A DNA stretch of 64,000 nt from an uncultured Alphaproteobacteria bacterium. Its GTDB lineage: Bacteria > Pseudomonadota > Alphaproteobacteria > RF32 > CAG-239. Where the stretch lies: the NCBI GenBank assembly GCA_944391515.1, contig CALXTW010000005.1, forward strand, positions 5,127 to 69,126, in the 5' to 3' direction. Position numbers and translations under genes: made by a program. Position 1 is the first letter of the stretch; each line of letters starts with the position of its first letter. Positions 27,237 to 34,549 of the stretch are shown here, piece by piece. The notes beneath the pieces were generated by a model. It was not told the DNA's origin and did not search any database. It saw only the letters and a list, made by a program, of their open reading frames with translations.

Positions 27237-29219
27237 ATGTCTAAAAATTTGCAACCCAATCTGACTAAATGGCACAAAGCCGCGGTGAAAAAAATTGAAC
27301 CAGGTACCAAAGTTGAGTTTATCGGTGGTGTGAACAAAGACCGTATCGGTGGTAACTGTATGGTGATTGAGCATACAAACGAAGCTTTGGAGACAAAGCG
27401 AGTGATGTTTGATTTGGGTTGTATTTTTGCGCCTTACGAATCGGGATTTAGTACGGCTTATCCGGATATTGGGGAATATTTTGACCGGATTGATCCTGAC
27501 ACTAAACAAGAAATTAAAGCAAAAAAGCCGGTAGCAATTATTTGTTTGACGCATGCGCATGAAGACCATATCGGCGCATTGATTAATTATGTGCGTATGG
27601 GCTATGAGCTTCCGCCGATTAAGGCAAGTGCTTTTACTCGCAGTTTAATTTCTAAAGCTTTTTTGCAGTTGGGAATGCAACCTCCTTTTATTGAAAAGAT
27701 TAATCCCGGTGATAAAATTTTAGTAGGTCAAGATATTGAAATAGAACCATTTAGCGTAAGTCACAGTGTGGTGGATGCTTTGGGTTTCCATACTTTGACC
27801 AAAGTGAATGGTCAACCTTCTGCCGGTATTATTAATAATGGAGATTTCTTGGTTGAAGAGAATATGCCGGTGGGTAAAAGTTTTAGTTTTGAGCAATATC
27901 AAGATTTATTAAAAAGAAAACTCACAACCAATGTTCAGATTGATTCAACCTCTACCGTTCCGAATGGAAAAGATAGAATCGGCTTTGAAAAGGCGGTCGA
28001 AAATACTTATAATGTTGTTAAAGCTAATCCCGATAGAAGTTTGATTATTTCTCCGGTGATTTCACGCAGTGTTGAAAATATTGCTATTGATATTGAAGTG
28101 GCAAAGAAATTAAATACTAAAGTTTATTTGGACGGAAAATGGTTGCAATTGGTTAAGCAAGCCATGACTGATAGCGGACATCTGGATTTTGATAAGTTTG
28201 TGTACAGCGGTACCTTAGAAGCTTATCTCAATGATAAGAATGTTAAACCAAAATATGTGGTTGCAACCGGTGCTTTTGCCCAAGGTTTGGAAGAATATAA
28301 TCACAATAAGGGTGATTTGGCAAATATTCCGATGGCTTCCGTTACTTTAATGTCTTTAGATTTGCACAAAACTATTCGGGTTGGAAAAAATACACTCATT
28401 TTGGCAAGACAGAGAATTATTGATGACATTAATGGTAAAACCGGTCCTGAAATGTTACAGCGTTTGGCTGCGAAAGGGGCTAAAGTCGTGATGACGCCAT
28501 CTTCTCACAAAATTGCTGATTTTGAAGAAGTACAAATGCAAGATTCCGGACATATTAATGCCAAGGCTTTGGGAAGTTTGATTGAGGTTATTAAAACTTA
28601 TGCTCCGAATGCAGTTTATACGCCAATTCATGGTAATCCCGAACAATGCGAAAATACCAAACGAATTATTGAAGCTCATGGCGGAAAAGTTGTTTTGGCT
28701 GAAAACCAAGAAGTGATGCAAGTGGGACAAAGCAGAACTGTTAATGAACCAAAACCTTTTGAGCCAATGACTTGGATTGGTGTGAAAGTTATTTATCAAA
28801 ACCCAATTCACCCCAATCCGAATATTCCGCAAGAAGGTATTACGGAATTTTGGCGGATAGATGAAAACTATATGCCAATTGAAAAACTGATGGAAATTGA
28901 AAACACTCCGGTGACAAAAGGTCCTTATTCGACGCGTTTTGTATCCAGCAGCCCAAATATGTTGGATGATACGATGACGGAATTGCCACTTGAGGATGAA
29001 CCTCAGCGTCTTTCACCCAAAGAACTTAAATATGGAACCTATCGCTCTAAAAGAAAGCATGATAGGCAAGAGGGAGAAAATTTGGTCGGGAAAATGACCA
29101 AGAAAGAGTGGAAAAAAGCTAAAGCTCTGCAAGCAATTGAAGCTTATAAAAAATCTTTAGAGAAGAATAAATTAAATAATATTCAAGTTCTGAAGATGAA
29201 TAAAGGCAGAAATTCTTGA
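27237..29219 (+). CDS. RNase J-like metallo-beta-lactamase/beta-CASP ribonuclease with a Lys-rich C-terminal extension
   Basis: AGGAGG lies 5 nt upstream of the ATG at 27237. Has the MBL motif THAHEDHIGAL and beta-CASP-like spacing. The last ~100 aa are basic and low-complexity. Confidence 0.65.
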   Translation: MSKNLQPNLTKWHKAAVKKIEPGTKVEFIGGVNKDRIGGNCMVIEHTNEALETKRVMFDLGCIFAPYESGFSTAYPDIGEYFDRIDPDTKQEIKAKKPVAIICLTHAHEDHIGALINYVRMGYELPPIKASAFTRSLISKAFLQLGMQPPFIEKINPGDKILVGQDIEIEPFSVSHSVVDALGFHTLTKVNGQPSAGIINNGDFLVEENMPVGKSFSFEQYQDLLKRKLTTNVQIDSTSTVPNGKDRIGFEKAVENTYNVVKANPDRSLIISPVISRSVENIAIDIEVAKKLNTKVYLDGKWLQLVKQAMTDSGHLDFDKFVYSGTLEAYLNDKNVKPKYVVATGAFAQGLEEYNHNKGDLANIPMASVTLMSLDLHKTIRVGKNTLILARQRIIDDINGKTGPEMLQRLAAKGAKVVMTPSSHKIADFEEVQMQDSGHINAKALGSLIEVIKTYAPNAVYTPIHGNPEQCENTKRIIEAHGGKVVLAENQEVMQVGQSRTVNEPKPFEPMTWIGVKVIYQNPIHPNPNIPQEGITEFWRIDENYMPIEKLMEIENTPVTKGPYSTRFVSSSPNMLDDTMTELPLEDEPQRLSPKELKYGTYRSKRKHDRQEGENLVGKMTKKEWKKAKALQAIEAYKKSLEKNKLNNIQVLKMNKGRNS

Positions 29220-29294
29220 GTAAATCTTAAAATGAATTGCAAATAGGGCATTGAAAGAGTATGCTCTATTTGTTTTTTATAGGAAAGAGAAAGT

Positions 29295-29993
29295 ATGAAT
29301 TTCGGTTCTGAATTGATAAAAGGTGAAATTATCAGGTGTTATAAGAATTTGATTTTGGATGTGAAAATCAATTCAGATGAGATTGTTTCTGCTTTTTGTC
29401 CCGAATTAGATGCTAAGCAAAATCTTTATAAAGTCGGAACGATTGTTTGGTTATTGCCCATAAATAAAACAAGTAATCGTCTTAAATATGAAGCCGTTAT
29501 GGTGCAAAAAGACGGCGCTTTAGTTATGATTAGTCCTTTGTATGCACAAATATTGGTCCAAGAGGCTTTTGAAAAAGGTTTGTTGCAAGAGTTTTCTCGT
29601 TATACCAAATTGAGAGCAATCGGAACGAGCGAAAATATTAAATATGCTAATTTGGAATTTTCAAACGAAAATGAAGAATTGGCTTATGTTTATGCTGTTA
29701 GTATTTATAATAAGCAAGGTGCTAATGTGGTATTTCCGTCGTTTTTGAATTTTTTTGAGATGTCGATGTTTGGCGAGTTTACCAATTTACGCAAAATGGG
29801 ATATGACACATATGTTTTGTTGATTGTTCCTAGAATGGACTGTCAGAATATTAAATTTAGCTGGACAATCGAGCCCGCTGCCGCAGCCAGAATTTTTGAC
29901 GAAGCAAAAAACGGCTTGAAATTTTGCGGTTATGGTTGCACTATTGATGATAAAAGTATAAACATTACTCAAAGTATGAATATTTTGTATTAG
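29295..29993 (+). CDS. sfsA: SfsA-like protein (divergent)
   Basis: 232 aa. The N-terminal L.GEIIRCYKNLILDV...AFCP parallels SfsA (L.ATLIQRYKRFLADV...LHCP), but the C-terminal nuclease-domain motifs look degenerate. Confidence 0.5.
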   Translation: MNFGSELIKGEIIRCYKNLILDVKINSDEIVSAFCPELDAKQNLYKVGTIVWLLPINKTSNRLKYEAVMVQKDGALVMISPLYAQILVQEAFEKGLLQEFSRYTKLRAIGTSENIKYANLEFSNENEELAYVYAVSIYNKQGANVVFPSFLNFFEMSMFGEFTNLRKMGYDTYVLLIVPRMDCQNIKFSWTIEPAAAARIFDEAKNGLKFCGYGCTIDDKSINITQSMNILY

Positions 29994-30003
29994 GAGATTT
30001 AAA

Positions 30004-30810
30004 TTGGAAATCAAAAGAAAAGACGGCATTATGATTCACGATAAAGCCGGATTTGAAGGAATGAGAAAAGCCGGAAAAGTAGCTGCGGAATGTTTGGATT
30101 ATATTACTCCTTTCGTGCAAGTCGGTGTGACTACCGGTGAACTCGATGATAAGTGTCGGGAGTTCCTTATTTCTAAAGGGGCAATTCCTGCATGCTTAGG
30201 TTATCATGGTTATCCTAAGTCAACTTGTATTTCCATTAATCATGTGATTTGTCATGGTATTCCTGATATGGAACATAAGTTAGCAGATGGCGATATCTTA
30301 AATATTGATGTCACAGCAATTGTTGATGGTTGGTATGGTGATACCAGTCGAATGTATTATGCCGGTAAGCCAAAACTCAAAGCTACACGCTTGTGCGATG
30401 TGACGTATGAGTGCATGATGCGTGGTATTGATGTGGTTAAACCCGGGGTGCATTTTGGGGATATCGGTTATGTGATTGCCGAATATGCTCACAAATACGG
30501 TTATGGCGTGGTTGATATGTTTTGCGGTCATGGCTTAGGAAAAGTTTTTCATGATGCGCCAAATGTTATGCATATTGCTCGCAAAGGAACGGGGCCGATT
30601 ATGGAAGAGGGGATGTTCTTTACCATTGAACCTATGATTAATATCGGTAAACCAGATGGTTTTATCTTGAAAAACGGTTGGACGGCCGTAACCAGAGATA
30701 AATCTTTATCCGCTCAATTTGAGCATTCTTTAGGTGTTACTAAAGATGGTTATGAAGTATTTACTTATTCTCCTAAAGGATTGGATAAACCTCCTTATAA
30801 AATTGACTAA
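30004..30810 (+). CDS. map: Methionine aminopeptidase type I
   Basis: Metal ligands lie in the conserved blocks (DILNIDVTAIVDGWYGDTSRM, CGHGLG, FTIEP, QFEH). TTG at 30004 has AGGAG 6 nt upstream; ATG at 30031 is the alternative start. Confidence 0.93.
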   Translation: MEIKRKDGIMIHDKAGFEGMRKAGKVAAECLDYITPFVQVGVTTGELDDKCREFLISKGAIPACLGYHGYPKSTCISINHVICHGIPDMEHKLADGDILNIDVTAIVDGWYGDTSRMYYAGKPKLKATRLCDVTYECMMRGIDVVKPGVHFGDIGYVIAEYAHKYGYGVVDMFCGHGLGKVFHDAPNVMHIARKGTGPIMEEGMFFTIEPMINIGKPDGFILKNGWTAVTRDKSLSAQFEHSLGVTKDGYEVFTYSPKGLDKPPYKID

Positions 30811-30815
30811 CAAAT

Positions 30816-31550
30816 ATGACTAATCAAAAAGATATTTCTGACAATAAAGAGCAAGTTCCCGATTATTATGGGCATAGAAAACGTTTGAAAGAGCGTTTTC
30901 TATTGGGCGGTGGGCGTGATATGCCCGATTATGAATTATTGGAACTCTTGTTAATGCTCTCAATTCCCAGAAAAGATGTTAAACCTTTGGCTAAGCAGCT
31001 CTTGGCTAAGTTTGGCAGCTTTTCTGCGGTGATTAATGCGCCGGCTGCCGCTCTTTATGAAGTATCCGGCATTAAGGAAAGCAGTTATATCGTCTTTAAT
31101 ATTGTGCGAGAAGCAGCTGTTCGCTCTAGCTGGGATAGTTTGAAGAATCAAGATGCTCCCGTGATTAATAATTGGGATTCTATGCTGGATTATTGTCGTA
31201 CGGCAATTGGTTACAGAGATGTGGAAGAATTTCGTATTATCTTTTTGGATGTGAAGCTGAAAGTTATTGGGGAAGAAGTTCAACAAAGAGGTACAATTAA
31301 CCAAGTGGCAATTCATCCCAGAGAAGTTATTAAGTCCGCTATGCTTCATGGTGCACGTGCCATTATATTGGTTCATAATCATCCCTCAGGTGATGTGACC
31401 CCATCGCGTGCCGATGTAGAAATTACCAATAAAATCAATGTGGCAGCGGCCGCAGTTGGTATTAAATTGTTTGATCATTTGATTGTCAGCAATAGCGGTT
31501 ATTATAGTTTTCAGGAAAAAGGTTTAATTACTGAACCAAAAATTATATAA
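30816..31550 (+). CDS. radC: RadC/JAB-domain protein (UPF0758)
   Basis: An N-terminal HhH region and a C-terminal JAMM motif HNHPSGDVTPSRAD. Confidence 0.9.
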   Translation: MTNQKDISDNKEQVPDYYGHRKRLKERFLLGGGRDMPDYELLELLLMLSIPRKDVKPLAKQLLAKFGSFSAVINAPAAALYEVSGIKESSYIVFNIVREAAVRSSWDSLKNQDAPVINNWDSMLDYCRTAIGYRDVEEFRIIFLDVKLKVIGEEVQQRGTINQVAIHPREVIKSAMLHGARAIILVHNHPSGDVTPSRADVEITNKINVAAAAVGIKLFDHLIVSNSGYYSFQEKGLITEPKII

Positions 31551-31613
31551 AAATGCTTGCATTTTATTTTATTTGAGGTAATTTATTTTTCGTGTTAAGA
31601 ATCGAAAGGTCAA

Positions 31614-31690
31614 CGGGACATAGCTCAGCCTGGTAGAGCGCTTGCTTTGGGAGCAAGATGCCGACGGTTCGAATCCGCCTGTCCCGACCA
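31614..31690 (+). tRNA. tRNA-Pro (anticodon TGG), CCA encoded
   Basis: Cloverleaf read by hand: acceptor cgggaca/tgtcccg, anticodon stem cttgc/gcaag with loop tTTGGGa, and T-arm ccgacGGTTCGAATCcgcc. Confidence 0.9.
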
Positions 31691-31708
31691 CCTAGATTTT
31701 TTTCAGAT

Positions 31709-31785
31709 GCGCCCTTAGCTCAGCTGGATAGAGCAACAGCCTTCTAAGCTGTGGGTCAGACGTTCGAATCGTCTAGGGCGCGCCA
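31709..31785 (+). tRNA. tRNA-Arg (anticodon TCT), CCA encoded
   Basis: Acceptor gcgccct/agggcgc, anticodon stem cagcc/gctgt region with loop cTTCTAa, and T-arm agacgTTCGAATcgtct. Confidence 0.9.
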
Positions 31786-31793
31786 TAAAAAAA

Positions 31794-32133
31794 GCCTCCA
31801 TCAGCGGAGGCTTTTTTTATGGCGCGGTGAAGGTTGGTTAACGTGCTCAGCCGCGATAGCGGTGCAAGCACGTGTTAACAACCGAACGACTGGCGCAAAT
31901 CGGCTTGTCCGATGCCGCGACACGCCATGCCTCCATCAGCGGAGGCTTTTTTTATGGTGCGGTGAAGGTTGGTTAACGTGCTCAGCCGCGATAGCGGTGC
32001 AAGCACGTGTTAACAACCGAACGACTGGCGCAAATCGGCTTGTCCGATGCCGCGACACGCCATGCCTCCATCAGCGGAGGCTTTTTTTATGGCGCGGTGA
32101 AGGTTGGTTAACGTGCTTAGCCGCGACAGCGGT
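31794..32133 (+). repeat. Tandem repeat, 135-bp unit x about 2.5, starting at the tRNA-Arg terminator hairpin
   Basis: gcctccatcagcggaggc starts at 31794, 31929 and 32064, an exact 135-bp period. Copies 1 and 2 differ by one base. Copy 3 diverges after about 70 nt. Each copy holds a terminator-like hairpin with a T7 run and a second imperfect hairpin (gttaacgtgct...agcacgtgttaac). Confidence 0.95.
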
Positions 32134-32262
32134 AAACGCGGCGCGTTTAATCGCAAGACTTAGCTGTTTTTACTGTTCGTGCCTAGACACCGCGATGCTG
32201 CTTTTTTCTTTGCTCAATCATTGAGACTTGAGTTTTTTTATAAACGCGGCGCGTTTAATCGC
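32133..32262 (+). repeat. Second, degenerate direct repeat (22-bp exact core taaacgcggcgcgtttaatcgc twice, 108 bp apart)
   Basis: Exact 22-mers at 32133-32154 and 32241-32262. Flanking similarity (ctgttcgtgc) suggests an older duplicated unit. Confidence 0.8.
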
Positions 32263-32430
32263 CAAGCGTAGCACGCTTGACCGCACAAATTGATGACGTG
32301 GCTGTTCGTGCTCTGAAATCGCGTTGCCCTCTCCTTTATCTGTCGTAAATGTCGCTGATACTTCGTTATTGTTTTTTCTTTTGTTTCTTGCTTATTTATG
32401 CTATTCTGTGTTTAAGTTCTTGAAAATAGC

Positions 32431-34008
32431 ATGGAGAATTTTTTTATGGCGGAAATGATTAAAGAAGAAGTTGTTACTTTCGAACAATGTGACTTTGATG
32501 CTCAAAGAAATATGGTTGTTCAGTATTTTTCAGATGGAAGTAAAATTGAATTAACCAAAAGAGGGGAGAAAGTGGCTTTTAAAAAAGTTATTCATGCAGA
32601 CGAAAGCTATGAATTATATAATGCCAAACAAGTTAAAATTGAAGAACTGACCGGTGACGGAACAAAAAGAAAATTTGACGGTGTTTCCGGTATCTTGCTA
32701 GAAGAGATATGTAAAGATGGAAGTGTTACAAGCTTTCATGCAAACGGGAATATTTCATCACGGAGATGGAATAATAATTCTTGTTATGTTAGCTATTATG
32801 AAAACGGGCAATTAGCACGCAAACAAGAAGATGGATATGAAATTTCTTTGAACTCTAAAGGTGTGGTTAATTATGAGTTTAAGGATGGAAAATTAACAAT
32901 CAATCCAGATTATTTTTCCTTGTATCGATTGGGAGTCAAAATTCCTCAAAGTGAAACTCATTGGGAAGAAAAGGGCGCTCTTTCTCCTAAAAAAAAGACG
33001 TTGTTGTGTTTGGGCGGAGATCAATCCAAAACGGCTAAATCCGCTAATGGAAATATTAAACCTTTTTTGTTTGTGTTGGGGTTGTCTCCGGAACAAATTG
33101 ATAATATGCAACTGTGTTCTTGTTACCGCCCTTTAAGTATGGAACTTAATAGCTTACTTGTTGAAGCAGAGCAGTATGAGCAACAATTTCATGATGATTA
33201 CAAACGAGAGATTTTGCAAAAATTTATGCCTTTTATGGCACAAGTGAAAAATGGAAAATTGGAGAAATATAGTTCTGAAGAGCTTTGTGCGAATTTCAGA
33301 AATATCATTATTCAAGCTCATTGTTATGGAGCTAATGATTTGCCGGTCTATTCTCAAGTGTTTAAGGAAGCCATGACCTCGCTGGGCTATTCTCAAAAAG
33401 AACAGAAAAATGCTTTACGCCAGGTTATCTGTATTACCAATAATTCTCAACGAGAATTTAGAGATAATTTAGGTTTTACCATGATTCATCGCTATTCGGT
33501 GAAAGATGGTCAATTTGAACCTGAATATGAAACCAAATTTTCCGATGGTTATCCTGAATTTTTGAAAGATATTGCTGAATATACCGCTCAAAAAGGTGAA
33601 AAAGCGGCCTTTGTTCCAATGAAGAATAATGAAGTCTTGATGGTGTTTGATAAGGTTTTGATTGACGGTGGTGAGCATAATGCTGGTTTTTGGACGACAA
33701 ACGAAAATAATTTAACAGAAGTAGGAAGAAAACAAGCCTTGCTTATGAAGAATATTGGAACATTTTGGTATAATAATCAAAAAGATTTGCCTGATGTTGT
33801 TAATTTATTAGAAGAATGTTCAAAGCAAAACGGTTTGGAAGATTTTGTTCAAAACTCTCTCCAACAAGGTAAAAAACTCAAAAAAAGTCAACATAATGTT
33901 TTGGAAAATCGACATATTTTGAAAAGTGCCAAAAATAAGTTTAAAAGCCCTGATTATGAGCCTGAGAAAACTGGTATTTATAAATTGCTTTCGCAAAATG
34001 TGAGATAA
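32431..34008 (+). CDS. Hypothetical 525-aa protein with N-terminal MORN/YwqK-like repeats and an unassigned C-terminal domain
   Basis: Repeats of the type ...DGS.I.L...GE.V.F..., FHANGNISSRRWNNNSCYVSYYENGQLARKQ in the first ~170 aa. The remainder has no recognised motif. ATG at 32446 is an alternative start. Confidence 0.65.
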   Translation: MENFFMAEMIKEEVVTFEQCDFDAQRNMVVQYFSDGSKIELTKRGEKVAFKKVIHADESYELYNAKQVKIEELTGDGTKRKFDGVSGILLEEICKDGSVTSFHANGNISSRRWNNNSCYVSYYENGQLARKQEDGYEISLNSKGVVNYEFKDGKLTINPDYFSLYRLGVKIPQSETHWEEKGALSPKKKTLLCLGGDQSKTAKSANGNIKPFLFVLGLSPEQIDNMQLCSCYRPLSMELNSLLVEAEQYEQQFHDDYKREILQKFMPFMAQVKNGKLEKYSSEELCANFRNIIIQAHCYGANDLPVYSQVFKEAMTSLGYSQKEQKNALRQVICITNNSQREFRDNLGFTMIHRYSVKDGQFEPEYETKFSDGYPEFLKDIAEYTAQKGEKAAFVPMKNNEVLMVFDKVLIDGGEHNAGFWTTNENNLTEVGRKQALLMKNIGTFWYNNQKDLPDVVNLLEECSKQNGLEDFVQNSLQQGKKLKKSQHNVLENRHILKSAKNKFKSPDYEPEKTGIYKLLSQNVR

Positions 34009-34012
34009 ACTT

Positions 34013-34138
34013 CCACTAGCTAACGCAAGTGGTATTACCTGTTCCGAACTACGTTCGCCCTGCCCAAAGGCTTCGCAAGCCTAACGGCTGGGCAGGTATG
34101 TCTACATCTACCTGCTTACGCAGGTAGTGTTACGTTCG
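34013..34138 (+). repeat. GC-rich multi-hairpin module in the 3' UTR of the 525-aa gene
   Basis: Four hairpins: 34013-34032 (ccact/agtgg); 34045-34057 (cgaac/gttcg); 34059-34096 (cctgccca/tgggcagg enclosing aggctt/aagcct); and 34108-34127 (ctacctgc/gcaggtag, loop ttac). A second gttcg at 34134-34138 could close the module. Confidence 0.7.
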
Positions 34139-34143
34139 AATCA

Positions 34144-34181
34144 TAAAAAAATCCCCTTTGATTTTTCAAAGGGGATTTTTG
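34144..34181. terminator. Bidirectional intrinsic terminator (525-aa gene and the trxB / Cys-rich operon)
   Basis: 11-bp stem atcccctttga/tcaaaggggat with loop tttt, flanked by A7 and T4-5. Confidence 0.85.
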
Positions 34182-34197
34182 ATTTACAAGTTAGAGT

Positions 34198-34533
34198 TTA
34201 TTTGCAGCTTTTTACGGCTTCATAGATTTTTTTGAAGGCTTCGGCAACACCTTCGGCAGTATAGGTGCGACCTTCAATCATGGTGCGGCAGAGTTCAAAA
34301 GCAATTTCTTTATCGGAATTACAACCGCATCCGCAATCGCAATCACAATCGCATTCGCAACTGCACGGGCAGAGGTTGTTCTCATGGCAGCCACAGCCGC
34401 ACTCACAATCACAATCGCAACCGCAAGGGCAGGGATTGTCTTCTCGGCAACCGCAATCGCAATTTTCATCGCAATGGCAGTGGTGATTGTGTTCTTCTTC
34501 GTGACAACAGCAACAATTTTCGTGTTTTGACAT
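34198..34533 (-). CDS. Cysteine/histidine-rich metallothionein-like protein, 111 aa
   Basis: 28 Cys and 7 His, with 26 of the Cys in residues 7-71 as alternating C-x-C runs. Two internal repeats of C(R/H)E(D/N)N(P/L)CPC(G/S)C... A non-Cys helical C-terminal ~40 aa. AGGAAAGGA lies upstream, 16 nt after the trxB stop. Confidence 0.7.
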   Translation of the reverse strand: MSKHENCCCCHEEEHNHHCHCDENCDCGCREDNPCPCGCDCDCECGCGCHENNLCPCSCECDCDCDCGCGCNSDKEIAFELCRTMIEGRTYTAEGVAEAFKKIYEAVKSCK

Positions 34534-34549
34534 TGTGTTTTTCCTTTCC

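Noticed and set aside
31794-32133. Could the tandem arrays (here and at 62858-63284) be CRISPR arrays?
   Set aside because: The units are contiguous 135/191-bp repeats with no unique spacers. The repeat length is far above CRISPR range, and no cas genes are present in the window.
31751-32224. 157-aa ORF with internally repeated peptide (HQRRLFLW.GEGWLTC.A...)
   Set aside because: It simply reads through the 135-bp tandem DNA repeat. It starts inside tRNA-Arg, has no RBS, and crosses three terminator hairpins. It is an artefact of the repeat.
34265-34486. Plus-strand ORF (QPHPQSQSQSHSQ...) and a second minus-frame ORF overlapping the Cys-rich gene
   Set aside because: These are alternative frames of the same TGY-GAY hexamer repeat. 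Only the Cys-rich frame has an RBS, operon context with trxB and a non-repetitive C-terminal domain.
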